Assembly (NCBI GenBank): GCA_946622195.1
Contig: CAMOPH010000012.1
Location: 222-64,221 of the forward strand
Length of the DNA stretch: 64,000 bases
Source: an uncultured Lachnospiraceae bacterium
Lineage (GTDB): Bacteria; Bacillota; Clostridia; Lachnospirales; Lachnospiraceae
Direction of reading: 5' to 3'
Shown: positions 47,271 to 58,088 of the stretch, piece after piece
How the letters are laid out: the number at the start of each line of letters is the position of its first letter
Numbering within the stretch: position 1 is the first letter of the stretch
Made by a program: the position numbers and the translations under genes
Notes under the pieces: generated by a model
Seen by the model: the letters and a program-made list of their open reading frames with translations, nothing else
Told to the model about the DNA's origin: nothing
The model's database searches: none

Positions 47271-48782
47271 TTAAACGGTAACTTCCAGATGAAGCACGCT
47301 TCTTGCGGGAATCGTGAATCTGACTTTTTCGCCTTCGAAGGTTGCCTTGTCAAAAGCTTCTTCCTTAACAACATCCGGGTTTTCGAATGTGTTGTGGGCA
47401 TCCATCTTCTCGGTTACTATCTCGCCCTTAACTCCCTTAACGGTAACGCCGTTTAAAATGCTTTCGATATCGGCATCTTCATCAAGTGAAAGGTTGGTCA
47501 TCGTAATGTGAATCTTTCCGTCTTTGTCCACGGATACCGATTCGGTTAAGTTGGGCACTTTATATTCATCCTCAAGACCGATTGTCTTGGTATCGAGGCT
47601 GCTCTCCAAAAGTTCGTTGTCCTGATGAGCCGAGTACATCTTGAATACGTAGTATGTGGGAGTCTTGATCATCCTGTCGCCTTCGGTAAGGATAACCGCC
47701 TGAAGTACGTTTACAAGCTGAGCAATGTTGGCCATCTTTACTCTGTCACAGTGCTTGTTGAAGATATTTAAGTTGATGCCTGCAACGAGCGCATCACGCA
47801 TTGTATTCTGCTGATATAAGAATCCGGGATTGGTGCCTTCCTCGACATCGTACCATGTACCCCATTCGTCAACCATAAGGCCTATCTGCTTTTCGGGGTC
47901 GTAACGGTCCATGATTGCGGAATGCTTGGTAATGTACTCTTCCATATATAATGTCTTGGCAAGAGTCATGTACCATTCTTTTTCGTTAAAACCGGTAGCG
48001 GCACCCTTCTTTGCCCAGTCGTAAGGCAAAGTATAATAATGCAATGTAAGGCCGTCCATAAAACCGTGTGCATTGTTCCATGAACCCGCTCTTGCAAAAC
48101 ATCTCTTTAAAAGCGTCTCGGTCCATTCGTAATCTTTGTCCGAAGGGCCTACCGCAAGTCTTTTGATTTTCTTGTCGGGATTGTAATTTTTGACAAATGT
48201 CTGATAATGTCTGTAAAGATCGGAATAATACTCGGGACTCATATTGCCGCCGCAGCCCCAGGTCTCGTTGCCGATAGCGAAATAATCGACATCCCAGGCT
48301 TCTTCACGGCCGTTTTTCTTTCTGAGTTCCGACATGGGGGATACACCGTCGAAAGTCATGTATTCAACCCATTCGCTCATTTCTCTTACGGTACCGCTTC
48401 CCACGTTACCGTTGATATATGTCTTGCAACCGAGCTGACGACAGAGTTCCATGAACTCGTGCGTACCGAAGCTGTTGTCTTCAACAACTCCGCCCCAGTT
48501 GGTATTGATCATCTTTTTTCTGCTTGCCTTATCGCCGATTCCGTCCATCCAGTGGTATTCGTCGGCAAAACATCCGCCGGGCCATCTTAAAACGGGAATC
48601 TTCATTTCCTTAAGGGCTTCGACAACGTCCGTACGCATGCCGTTAACATTCGGGATGTCCGAATTTTCACCGACGAAAACACCTTCGTAAATACATCGTC
48701 CGAGATGCTCCGAAAAATGTCCCTGAATCTCAGGATTGATATGACCTTTGATGCTTTGGGGATTAACGATGTGTCTGAACAT
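47271..48782 (-). CDS. alpha-L-arabinofuranosidase, GH51
   Basis: [26 protein letters not shown] (acid/base), HYY, DEWG (nucleophile), AQLVNVLQ. Confidence 0.93.
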   Translation of the reverse strand: MFRHIVNPQSIKGHINPEIQGHFSEHLGRCIYEGVFVGENSDIPNVNGMRTDVVEALKEMKIPVLRWPGGCFADEYHWMDGIGDKASRKKMINTNWGGVVEDNSFGTHEFMELCRQLGCKTYINGNVGSGTVREMSEWVEYMTFDGVSPMSELRKKNGREEAWDVDYFAIGNETWGCGGNMSPEYYSDLYRHYQTFVKNYNPDKKIKRLAVGPSDKDYEWTETLLKRCFARAGSWNNAHGFMDGLTLHYYTLPYDWAKKGAATGFNEKEWYMTLAKTLYMEEYITKHSAIMDRYDPEKQIGLMVDEWGTWYDVEEGTNPGFLYQQNTMRDALVAGINLNIFNKHCDRVKMANIAQLVNVLQAVILTEGDRMIKTPTYYVFKMYSAHQDNELLESSLDTKTIGLEDEYKVPNLTESVSVDKDGKIHITMTNLSLDEDADIESILNGVTVKGVKGEIVTEKMDAHNTFENPDVVKEEAFDKATFEGEKVRFTIPARSVLHLEVTV

Positions 48783-49118
48783 TTAAGTCTCCTTAAGAAA
48801 AAAATATTGCGGTTAATTGCCCATACGAAATAAGCAAAAACCCACATATATTATTATACATAAATTTGAAAATAAATAAACAGTCAAACCCCTAAAAAAT
48901 CCCCATATTTCCACATGTAGACTTTGTAGTGTTTTTATCTATAATTTGTCGGTATAATGAGTTCTTTTCTCTCCTTTTCAGGCTGACAGGAAGCCCTCGC
49001 AAATAACTTTTTTATACTGTATTTTGTAACCATTTTTACTGAACTTTGTCTGTTAACTCTACATATGGTTTTTACTATAATTGTTTTGTATGAGCAAAAA
49101 ACAGGAGGTGTTATATTC

Positions 49119-50627
49119 ATGTTAAAAACAGTCATGACCGAAAACGGTGCCGTCAGAGGTCTTTCGGGTAACAATGCAAGAATTTCGGTGTTCAAGGGAA
49201 TTCCCTTTGCTGCTCCGCCCGTCGGAGAAAACAGATGGAAGGCTCCTCAGCCCGCAAAGAACTGGGAAGGTGTGCTTGAAGCATATAAATTCGGACCCAT
49301 TTCCATGCAGGATGTACCCGGTCTTTCCGATGACATTTACGTTCGCGACTGGCATGTGGATCCCGAAATCGATATGGATGAAGACTGTCTTTACCTGAAT
49401 GTATGGACCAACGCCAAAAGTGCTGACGAAAAACTTCCGGTTCTTGTCTGGTTCTTCGGAGGCGGATTCCAGTGGGGATATCCTCCCGAGATGGAATTCA
49501 ACGGCGAAAACATTGCCAAAAGAGGCGTAATCGTGGTATCGGTCAACTACCGTCTCGGTGCCTTCGGTTTCCTCGCACATGAAGATCTTTGCAAAGAAAG
49601 CCCCGAAGCGCCTACCAACTTCGGTCTTCTCGACCAGCAGGCAGGCATCAAATGGGTTAAGAGAAATATAGCCGCATTCGGCGGCGATCCCGACAATATC
49701 ACAATCATGGGACAGTCCGCAGGCGGCGGATCCGTATTTTCGCATCTTACCGGTTCTTCTCAGGGACTTTTCCAAAAAGCCGTAATCATGAGCGGTATCA
49801 TCGGATTCCCTTATTTTGACGACTTTGTAATCATCCCGAGATCCTTTGAGGATGTTAAGGCAAAGGGTGCCGAATTCATCAAGTCCCTCGGTGTGGAAAC
49901 AATCGAAGAAGCAAGAAAACTCGACGCTTCTTTTGTTCGTGACAAATCATCCGAATTCAGAAACAAAAACGGTTTCTTCTTCTGCCCTTCGGTGGACGGA
50001 TGTTTCCTTAAAGAGGATCAGACAAAAGCTTTCCTTGAAGGAAGACATGCTCACGTGCCCATGATGGCAGGAAATACAAACGATGAATTCAAAAGTTATA
50101 TCATGGCTGAAAACGATGAGGATTTTGAGAAAAAGGCAAGAGAAATATTCGGTGACAAGGCCGATAAATTCCTTTCTTTCAAAAATGTTTATGAGAAAAA
50201 CGGCAATCAGTACGCTGAAGCCAACGGCATAGAATGTGCCACAAAGGGAATTTTCGAGCATAACGACAAGGATTGCTTCTATTATCTTTTCAATCCCGAT
50301 ATTCCCGGATGGGACAACCCCGGCACTTTCCACTCGGTAGACCTCTGGTTCTTCTTCGAGACACTCGGACTTTGCTGGAGACCTTTCGTCGGAAGACATT
50401 TCGACCTTGCAAGACAGATTTGCAATTACCTTACAAACTTTATTAAAACAGGCGATCCAAACGGCAATGATGCCGACGGAACCCCGATGCCCGAATGGAA
50501 GGCTTATACCGCGGAGAACAAAGCGGGAATGGAATTCACTTCAAACGGTCCCGTTCCCACTGTTCGCGACAGCGAATTCGGCGAATTCATCAAAGAATGG
50601 CTTAACGAAAAAGGACTTGAACGATAA
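49119..50627 (+). CDS. type-B carboxylesterase
   Basis: FKGIPFAAPP, EDCLYLNVW, GGG, GQSAG, E (NDE), FHSVD; start ATG 49119 after AGGAGG. Confidence 0.92.
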   Translation: MLKTVMTENGAVRGLSGNNARISVFKGIPFAAPPVGENRWKAPQPAKNWEGVLEAYKFGPISMQDVPGLSDDIYVRDWHVDPEIDMDEDCLYLNVWTNAKSADEKLPVLVWFFGGGFQWGYPPEMEFNGENIAKRGVIVVSVNYRLGAFGFLAHEDLCKESPEAPTNFGLLDQQAGIKWVKRNIAAFGGDPDNITIMGQSAGGGSVFSHLTGSSQGLFQKAVIMSGIIGFPYFDDFVIIPRSFEDVKAKGAEFIKSLGVETIEEARKLDASFVRDKSSEFRNKNGFFFCPSVDGCFLKEDQTKAFLEGRHAHVPMMAGNTNDEFKSYIMAENDEDFEKKAREIFGDKADKFLSFKNVYEKNGNQYAEANGIECATKGIFEHNDKDCFYYLFNPDIPGWDNPGTFHSVDLWFFFETLGLCWRPFVGRHFDLARQICNYLTNFIKTGDPNGNDADGTPMPEWKAYTAENKAGMEFTSNGPVPTVRDSEFGEFIKEWLNEKGLER

Positions 50628-50662
50628 AACCCTTTTACGATTGAGATTCGAAAGGAAAAGTT

Positions 50663-52063
50663 ATGAAACAGGCTTTTAACCCGTATCTTCCCTCATATGA
50701 ATATACTCCCGACGGAGAACCCCATGTGTTTGGCGACAGAGTATATGTATACGGTTCGCACGATCGATTCGGCGGACACTTCTTCTGCCAGAACGATTAC
50801 GTCTGCTACTCGGCAAGCGTTAACGATTTGAAAGACTGGAGATACGAAGGAGTAATCTATACAAGAGGCGACGATCCTTTAAATGTCAAAGACAACATGT
50901 GCCTTTACGCACCCGATGTGACAAAAGGTCCCGACGGAAGATATTATCTTTTCTACGCACTCGACAAGGTATCCAATATTTCGGTTGCAGTCTGCGATAC
51001 TCCCGCGGGAAAATATGAATTTTACGGATATGTTCACTACGAAGACGGCACAAGGCTCGGCGAAAAAGGTGAAGAACATCAATTCGATCCCGCAGTAATT
51101 ACCGAAGGCGATACCACTTATCTTTACACCGGAGGCGTATGTGCCAAAGGCGACAAGAGTGTACACGGATCAATGGTTACGGTGCTTGGAAGCGACATGC
51201 TTACGATTAAAGAAGCTCCCAAGTTCCTCGCACCTTCTCCCGAATGTGCAATGGGAACCGACTATGAAGGTCACGGATTCTTTGAAGCTTCGTCAATCCG
51301 CAAATTTGACGGAAAATATTATTTTGTATATTCTTCGGAAGTCATGCATGAACTCTGCTACGCAACAAGCGATTATCCCGACAGAGACTTTAAATACGGC
51401 GGAGTAATCGTAAGCAACTGCGATATCGGAATCTCAACATATAAAAAAGCCGAAGAGCCGGCAGCATACGGTGCCAACAACCACGGCGGACTTTGCGAAA
51501 TAAACGGAAAAAGATATATTTTCTACCATCGTCAGACCAATAACGACTGGTATGCGAGACAGGGCTGTGCAGAGGAAGTTAAATTCCTTGAAGACGGAAG
51601 CATTCCCCAGGTTGAAATCACATCCTGCGGATTAAACGGCGGACCTTTATCGGATACCGAAGAATATCCTTCATATATCGTCTGCAACATGTATACCGAT
51701 AAAGAGCGAATCCCTTATGTCGGAGGACATCACGTTCCGAGAGTCACTCAGGACGGAAAAGACGGCGAGGAATGCACGGGATACATTTACAACATTGTCG
51801 AAAATACGACATTGGGATTTAAATATTTTGATTTTAAGGGAGTAAAAGGAATAGAACTCGACGTTTGCGGATACGGCAAGGGCGACTTTGAAGTCAGAAC
51901 ATCGCCGGAAGGTCCCGTACTTGCAAAAATAGGAGTGGATTTTGAGACAGTCTGGGTAACCTATAAGGCAGACTGCAATATCCCCGACGGTGTGGCTCCG
52001 CTTTACCTTAAATACACGGGCTTTGGAAACATGGGGCTTAAATCATTCAGATTTATTCATTAA
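50663..52063 (+). CDS. GH43 glycoside hydrolase with C-terminal CBM6-like module
   Basis: PDGEP, YGSHD, YAPD, FDPA, FFEASS, NNHG, FYHR; C-terminal GFKYFDF. Confidence 0.88.
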   Translation: MKQAFNPYLPSYEYTPDGEPHVFGDRVYVYGSHDRFGGHFFCQNDYVCYSASVNDLKDWRYEGVIYTRGDDPLNVKDNMCLYAPDVTKGPDGRYYLFYALDKVSNISVAVCDTPAGKYEFYGYVHYEDGTRLGEKGEEHQFDPAVITEGDTTYLYTGGVCAKGDKSVHGSMVTVLGSDMLTIKEAPKFLAPSPECAMGTDYEGHGFFEASSIRKFDGKYYFVYSSEVMHELCYATSDYPDRDFKYGGVIVSNCDIGISTYKKAEEPAAYGANNHGGLCEINGKRYIFYHRQTNNDWYARQGCAEEVKFLEDGSIPQVEITSCGLNGGPLSDTEEYPSYIVCNMYTDKERIPYVGGHHVPRVTQDGKDGEECTGYIYNIVENTTLGFKYFDFKGVKGIELDVCGYGKGDFEVRTSPEGPVLAKIGVDFETVWVTYKADCNIPDGVAPLYLKYTGFGNMGLKSFRFIH

Positions 52064-52096
52064 TTTGCTTACATCCATTGGCTAATCGCATAAATT

Positions 52097-52129
52097 ATAA
52101 AAAGGACTGTTTTTTACAGTCCTTTTTAT
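52097..52129. terminator. bidirectional terminator
   Basis: ATAAAAAGGACTGT / ACAGTCCTTTTTAT perfect stem between convergent genes. Confidence 0.85.
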
Positions 52130-52132
52130 TTG

Positions 52133-52942
52133 CTACCCTTTAATCATTATCATGCCGGCCATCGTACCGCGCTTTCCTTTTTGAGCCCTGTGCGAGAAGA
52201 GCACATCGTTGTTGCAGCAGGTACAGAGTCCGGAAATGCTTATGTGCTCGGGAAGTATTCCCGAATACGCGAGCGTGCCGAATATGATGCGGCTTAAATC
52301 TATATCGAATTTATCTTCTTCTTTTTCGAAATACCATGCGTCATCAAGATAATCGAATTCAATGAATTCTTCGAAAACATCTCTGCTTACTTCGTAGCAG
52401 CACATTCCGATGCAGGGTCCGATACCTGCATAAATATCCTCGGGTCTGCTTCCGTATTCTTCGACCATTTTTTCAACTACTTTTGCAGATATCTCCTGAG
52501 CCGTTCCTTTCCAGCCCGAGTGTGCGATGCCGATTGCCTTCTTTACGGGATCGACGAAAAATACGGGAACGCAGTCGGCACAGGTTACAGTGATGGCAAG
52601 ATTGGGTTCGTTGGTCACGAGTGCATCGATATTGACGTAATTAAACGGCTTTAATATTCCGCATCCTGCATCTTTTCTGGTGGCTACTCTTACGTTGTTG
52701 CCGTGGTTTAAATTGCCGATTACGACATCTTCGAGCTTAATTCCCACCGCCTTGGTGAAAAGCTCGTAGTTTTTCATGATGTTTTCTTTGGAGTCTTCCG
52801 TCTTTATCCCCAGGTTCATCGAAGAATAATATCCCTCGCTCACGCCGCCTTCTCTTGAAGAAAAAGCATGCGTCAAAAAATCGAACTGTTCGAAATCCGG
52901 AAAAGTATAATACATAACCTCATTGTTATAGTTTTCTTTCAT
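52133..52942 (-). CDS. pgeF: peptidoglycan editing factor PgeF (YfiH/YlmD family)
   Basis: HAFSSREGGVS, ADCVP, AHSGWKG, GPCIG.CCYEV, CTCC, FSHR. Confidence 0.92.
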   Translation of the reverse strand: MKENYNNEVMYYTFPDFEQFDFLTHAFSSREGGVSEGYYSSMNLGIKTEDSKENIMKNYELFTKAVGIKLEDVVIGNLNHGNNVRVATRKDAGCGILKPFNYVNIDALVTNEPNLAITVTCADCVPVFFVDPVKKAIGIAHSGWKGTAQEISAKVVEKMVEEYGSRPEDIYAGIGPCIGMCCYEVSRDVFEEFIEFDYLDDAWYFEKEEDKFDIDLSRIIFGTLAYSGILPEHISISGLCTCCNNDVLFSHRAQKGKRGTMAGMIMIKG

Positions 52943-52971
52943 AATCCCCTCTTTTGACTTTTATGAAAAAA

Positions 52972-53152
52972 GCCCACGATTTAATTTTTGGCGGCTGATG
53001 CAGGCAAGCAACATACTCAGGCACCCTTACGGCACCCGGAAGATTCCTCTTAGTGCTGCTTCGTTCCCGACCTGACACGGTTCGTGGATTTCCGCCGCGT
53101 AAGACCCAAGCAGCCGCTTACCTGCAGCAACCGCCATAAAAAAATCATAGGC
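52972..53152 (-). ncRNA. ffs: signal recognition particle RNA
   Basis: Minus strand domain IV GAACCGTGTCAGGTCGGGAACGAAGCAGCAC at the tip of a long helix; promoter TTGACA (53188-53183)-17 bp-TATACT (53165-53160); 3' T run. Confidence 0.9.
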
Positions 53153-53197
53153 GAATTTGAGTATATAGATTTTACGCCTGATTGTCAATAAAAGGCC

Positions 53198-53665
53198 CTA
53201 CAATATTTTCTCCATGCCGATCTTTTGAGGCTTTAATCCCATGGCCTCGTAAAATTTCATCGCACCCGGATTGCAGGCCCAGACATTGAGTGTGATATTG
53301 TAAAAACCGGACTGTTTTGCATATTCCGAAACATGCTCGTAAAGTTCTTTTCCCACATGTCTGCCTCTTGCGTTTTCATCGACACAGATATCGTCTATGT
53401 AAAGAGTCTTCACATCCGTGAGAACCCTGTTTTCTTTTTGCTGCATATGAATGCAAAAAGCATGTCCGAGTACCCTGTCGTTTTCGTCGGCATAAACAAA
53501 AACCGGTGTTTCGTCATCTGCGATTATCTCTTCAAGCTGTTTTTCGTCATACTTTGTGGTCGGGCCCTTGAAAATATCGGGTCTGCCGTTGTGATGAACC
53601 ATATCAACCTGAATGAGCAAATCCATTATTGCGGGAATGTCTTTCTTTTCTGCTCTTCTTACCAT
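53198..53665 (-). CDS. GNAT family N-acetyltransferase
   Basis: YIDDICVDENARGRHVG, NVWACN..A..FY. Confidence 0.9.
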   Translation of the reverse strand: MVRRAEKKDIPAIMDLLIQVDMVHHNGRPDIFKGPTTKYDEKQLEEIIADDETPVFVYADENDRVLGHAFCIHMQQKENRVLTDVKTLYIDDICVDENARGRHVGKELYEHVSEYAKQSGFYNITLNVWACNPGAMKFYEAMGLKPQKIGMEKIL

Positions 53666-53727
53666 TTTACAACCTTTCTAAGCCGGATTTTTCGCCTCGG
53701 CTTGTTTTCATCCTGCCCGGATTCGGG

Positions 53728-55968
53728 CTACGGTTCCATATCAACCGTCGGAATTATCTCTTTTACTCCGTCCTTCGTGTAGACCCTGTAACTAAATCCC
53801 ATCCACTTATACACCCTTCTCCATCCGATATCCTGAGAAGGTTCATAAGATGCATATGCAAGGATTACAAATACTTTGTCTTTAATCTTTTGTGCATCTT
53901 CAAATACAGTGACTGCTACTCCGGATTCCTGATCAAACGGATACTCGGGAATTAAGCCCTCATCCACGACCTGATAACCGAAAGGTGCTTCAAACTCAAC
54001 CAGATCTCCGAATGTTTTTGAAGAAAGACCTGCTTCTTTGTCGGGATCCTGAGGAGTATATGCAACATCTCCCGTATCATCGAAATATGCATACGGTTCA
54101 GAGGGTTCTTCGTATCCGATTGGAAAGCCTTTTTCGACAAATTCCCCGGAATCCTCTTTTTCACTTTGAACTTTAACAAGACAGTAATCCGAAACCTCAA
54201 CGGCAGTTCCGTCAAACCAGGAGATTCCGACATAAATGCCGTCCTCCCCTTCAAGAAACTGTGCCTTCATGGGATATCCGTATTCATCAAATTCAGAAGC
54301 ATCAAAACTGAAAAGAGTATATGTATTCTGTGTTTCGCTGTCGAGCTCCCTTATGATAATCTCGTTTCCGTCCGAAGAATTGCTTAATGAAGCGGTGTAA
54401 AAATCATTTCCGATAAAGCCGCTTCCAAAGATATCTTCAAATTGAGATGTCTCCAGATAATTAAAATAGAAAGTTCCGTCGCAGGTGTAATTTTCCCCGT
54501 AATCGAAATTGCTGATTGCAAGGAGTGTGTTGTTCTCATTTATACCCCGAATATATGAATAGTCGGTTTCTTCCGTGTAGCTTTCCAGGCCGCCGCCGTT
54601 AGGCCAGTATCTCTCGATAAATCTCTGACTGTCGTAATCGTTTGCAACAAATTTTTCGCTGTAAAATCTTCCGTCAAGGTAATACAGCTCTCCCGCATTT
54701 CCGTCAACGCAGGCTATTCCGGTCTCTCCCGTAGCCAAATCGTAATATCCGATACAGCCCCCGTTTTGAAGATCGTTACTATTTAAAAACTCTCCAAAAG
54801 GAGCATAAACATCTCCTCCGATTGCAAGTTCCGTATAGTATCTGAAATAAACGACATTGCCGACTCTGACAAAATAAGAGCCGTTGTTTTCAATATCGTT
54901 TGTAGCACAAAACTGAATGCATACTTCTCTGCTTGCGCCATCCGGTGTTGATATCGGAAAGCCGCCTTTTATTGCTGCTGTATCGTCGGGTTCGCAAAGC
55001 ACGCAAAGAGGCACATCATCTTTGGTTATTCTCTCAAATTCAACCGAATCTCCGGTATATGAATCCGCAGGAAGAGGAGTCAATCCCGATATGACAAGAC
55101 TGTCTTCATCAGCTTTGTAATCGAATGAGAACTGTTCCGGTGCGCAGGTTGAAATATCTGCATGAATTAAACTTACATGGGATGCGTCAGCCGTAAATTC
55201 ACCCATTGCCAGAAATACTTCCCTGCCGGATTCCTTCTGATAAACCGTACTTTTATTTTTTCCGTCTTCTTCCTTAAATTCGATGTATCTGGGTTCCGCA
55301 GAATATTTTTCTCTCCATATGCCATACAGATTCTCATCGGGAGTACCGGAGAGATTTTCAAGATACTCTGAATAATCCTCAAAAAAGAACCCTTCGTTTC
55401 CATCACTCTTTTTAAGTTCGATATTTCCGCCCAGTTCCAAAGGATTGCCGTCAATACCGCTTATTTCGATTCCGTCATTTGTTAAACTGATTTTTCCTTT
55501 TACGGGCGAATGAAAATATTTGCTCATATTGGACATTACGGAAAAAGACATGCCGCCCACATCTATTCCGGTTGTGTCAGAGCTTAAGATATCGGACGAG
55601 TTAATCGGGAAAAGCTCGGTTGCCCAAAATGAATAAATGTCGCCACCTTCACTGTCTGTATAACCCACATTTGCATAGAGGTTGTCAAATACATTGTAAA
55701 TCGAAACTTTTATACCGTCGCCGTATGATTCCTGACCGAAATAATCGCCGCAGATTCTCTCCGATAAAGAAGCGCCTGTAACGTTTGTTGTGACGTTACT
55801 ATCGGAACTTCCGCCGTTTTCATTGTCCCCCGTATCCGGCTGAATGTTTGCCTGCGTGGTGGGATTGTCTTTATCTCCTTCATTTTGAGGAAGGAAACAA
55901 GCGCTCATCGATACCGTTAAAAATATTGAGGATAAAACACACATTCCTCTTTTCAAAGTTTTCTTCAT
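53728..55968 (-). CDS. large acidic lipoprotein of unknown function
   Basis: Signal peptide with lipobox MSAC, N/T/G linker, D/E/Y/G-rich. Confidence 0.75.
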   Translation of the reverse strand: MKKTLKRGMCVLSSIFLTVSMSACFLPQNEGDKDNPTTQANIQPDTGDNENGGSSDSNVTTNVTGASLSERICGDYFGQESYGDGIKVSIYNVFDNLYANVGYTDSEGGDIYSFWATELFPINSSDILSSDTTGIDVGGMSFSVMSNMSKYFHSPVKGKISLTNDGIEISGIDGNPLELGGNIELKKSDGNEGFFFEDYSEYLENLSGTPDENLYGIWREKYSAEPRYIEFKEEDGKNKSTVYQKESGREVFLAMGEFTADASHVSLIHADISTCAPEQFSFDYKADEDSLVISGLTPLPADSYTGDSVEFERITKDDVPLCVLCEPDDTAAIKGGFPISTPDGASREVCIQFCATNDIENNGSYFVRVGNVVYFRYYTELAIGGDVYAPFGEFLNSNDLQNGGCIGYYDLATGETGIACVDGNAGELYYLDGRFYSEKFVANDYDSQRFIERYWPNGGGLESYTEETDYSYIRGINENNTLLAISNFDYGENYTCDGTFYFNYLETSQFEDIFGSGFIGNDFYTASLSNSSDGNEIIIRELDSETQNTYTLFSFDASEFDEYGYPMKAQFLEGEDGIYVGISWFDGTAVEVSDYCLVKVQSEKEDSGEFVEKGFPIGYEEPSEPYAYFDDTGDVAYTPQDPDKEAGLSSKTFGDLVEFEAPFGYQVVDEGLIPEYPFDQESGVAVTVFEDAQKIKDKVFVILAYASYEPSQDIGWRRVYKWMGFSYRVYTKDGVKEIIPTVDMEP

Positions 55969-56014
55969 TTTTCATTCTCCCTTAAAGAATTTCCTTTAAC
56001 ACATTTATTTGATT

Positions 56015-57370
56015 TTAATCGACATCTTCTCTTGTAATGTTTTTGGCCCATTTGTGGCTGTAAAAATGCTTGAATACCCAGGGCCATTTTACGAACTCAT
56101 CCGTACAAAGCAGGAAATAAACCCACTTTACCGGAAGCTTTAATACAAATGCAGCAAAAAGACCGAGGGGAACAGCGTAACACCACATGTCTATCAAATC
56201 GCATTTGAAGCCGAATTTCGAATCGCCCCCGGCCCTGAATACTCCCGCGATAAGACATGTGTTTACGGATGTTCCGCTTATGTAATAAGTATTTATCAAG
56301 AGCATGAACTTAAGATAATCGAGTGCAGTAGGTGTCAAATCGGCAAGTTTTAAGGCTACCGGTGTCAGGCCTAACACTATAAGTCCGCCGATGATTCCCG
56401 TAACCACGGCAAGCCTGAGACAAATATGCCCTGCCTCGATTCCCTCGGACATATCTCCTTCTCCGAGTATTTGCCCGACGATTATTCCGGATGCCGAGCC
56501 TATGCCGTAACAAAGGACGCAGCCTAAATTTCTGACCGTATTGACTATTGAATAAGCAGCAACCGCATCGTCCCCGAAACGCCCGATTATGGCGGCATAA
56601 GTACTGAAAGCCACAGACCATGCAAGATCGTTTCCGATCGCGGGCATAGCCATCGTGAAAAAGTCATGCTCGAGGTTTTTATATCTTTTAAACATGGTCG
56701 AAAATGTAAGCCTTACTCCGGGCTTTAAGACTATCGATACGAAAAAGCATCCGACCATCTGAATGAAACGCGATACGGTAGTGGCAATGGCAACACCGAT
56801 TACTCCAAGCTTCGGTGCCCCGAACAATCCGAAAATAAATACCGCATTCAGTGCAACATTACATACAAGAGCTATCGCTTCAAGCACGGTACTTGTGGAT
56901 ACTTTTCCGATGCATCGAAGAACCGACATATACACAGCCGAAACCGCCCAGAAAATAAGACCGGGCGCTATAAGAACCAGATACTTTGCACCTATTTCCA
57001 CAAGGGTAGCGTCGTTTGTGTATATTCTCATAAGAATCTTTGGTATCGTAATACAAAGAATTGCACCGAGTGCAGCGACGGAAAGCGCAAATTTATAGCC
57101 GATTCCCTCAACCTTTTCTATGGTTTTAAGATCGCCTTTTCCGAAATACTGCGCGGAAAGCATGGCAATTCCGGTTCCTATTCCGTATAAGAACATAAAA
57201 AGAATGCCCACCATGCTGTTGGCAAGCGATACCGCACTTATGGCCGACTGTCCCACGTAATTGAGCATCAAAACATCGGCGCTGTTTACCGCGGCGTCGA
57301 TAACGTTTTGAAATACTATGGGGAGGGCAACTACCCAGACTTTTTGATAAATTTTGCTTTTACTGTTCAT
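56015..57370 (-). CDS. MATE family efflux transporter
   Basis: ADVLML, AISAVSLAN, AQYFG, IFGLFGAPKLGV.GVAIAT, GVFRAGGD. Confidence 0.92.
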   Translation of the reverse strand: MNSKSKIYQKVWVVALPIVFQNVIDAAVNSADVLMLNYVGQSAISAVSLANSMVGILFMFLYGIGTGIAMLSAQYFGKGDLKTIEKVEGIGYKFALSVAALGAILCITIPKILMRIYTNDATLVEIGAKYLVLIAPGLIFWAVSAVYMSVLRCIGKVSTSTVLEAIALVCNVALNAVFIFGLFGAPKLGVIGVAIATTVSRFIQMVGCFFVSIVLKPGVRLTFSTMFKRYKNLEHDFFTMAMPAIGNDLAWSVAFSTYAAIIGRFGDDAVAAYSIVNTVRNLGCVLCYGIGSASGIIVGQILGEGDMSEGIEAGHICLRLAVVTGIIGGLIVLGLTPVALKLADLTPTALDYLKFMLLINTYYISGTSVNTCLIAGVFRAGGDSKFGFKCDLIDMWCYAVPLGLFAAFVLKLPVKWVYFLLCTDEFVKWPWVFKHFYSHKWAKNITREDVD

Positions 57371-57458
57371 TTTTTTCCTTATCGTACATTTTAGATTATA
57401 ACACCTGCATCTGTTTCTAACTATAAATTCTTTAATTACAGGCCCCGAAAACCTGCGG

Positions 57459-57512
57459 ATGTTGACTTTTCAACATTGTCTTCTTATAATTTATTTGTTG
57501 AAGAAATCAACA
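57459..57512 (+). promoter_or_regulatory. marR promoter with two palindromic operators
   Basis: TTGACT (57462)-17 bp-TATAAT (57485); ATGTTGA-N4-TCAACAT at 57459-57476 and TGTTGA-N5-TCAACA at 57496-57512. Confidence 0.7.
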
Positions 57513-57549
57513 TTTGTGGCCTGTTTCGAAGAGAAAGGACGACTTTGAC

Positions 57550-58020
57550 ATGGAAGACAGATTCGAAAGATTTACATTTTCTATTTTTGAAATTGAAAAA
57601 TGCTGGCACAAACTTACCGGCGACGAGATGGCCTCCTACGGATTGAAAGGTCCCCATTCGCTCTACCTTATCACCCTTGCAAAATACGAAGAGGGAATAA
57701 GTGCGACAAAGCTTTGCGAAATTTGCGGAAAAGACAAAGCGGATGTTTCGAGAATGATGGGCATTATGATAGAAAAGAACCTCGTTGTCAAAGAAGGAAA
57801 TTACCGCAATAACTACGGCGGAGTTTACAAGCTCACCGATGCCGGAAAAGAAGCGGCAAAGAATGTCAAAAACAAGGTTCTCGTGGCCGTTGATGCCGCA
57901 AGCAAAAACTTATCCGAAGAAAACCGCGTGATTCTTTATGATGCTTTAAGCTTAATCTCAAACAACTTAAAAGTCCTTGTGCGCGACGGCATCCCCGACT
58001 CACCCTCCGGCGTTTCTTGA
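57550..58020 (+). CDS. MarR family transcriptional regulator
   Basis: Winged helix (GISATKLCEICGKDKADVSR, LTDAG); divergent from a MATE; start ATG 57550 after GAAAGGA. Confidence 0.85.
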   Translation: MEDRFERFTFSIFEIEKCWHKLTGDEMASYGLKGPHSLYLITLAKYEEGISATKLCEICGKDKADVSRMMGIMIEKNLVVKEGNYRNNYGGVYKLTDAGKEAAKNVKNKVLVAVDAASKNLSEENRVILYDALSLISNNLKVLVRDGIPDSPSGVS

Positions 58021-58088
58021 GATAAAACGGGATATATGCTATCATTCAAAAGATAATTTTGCCCTACGGGATTAAGAGAGAAAAGGTT

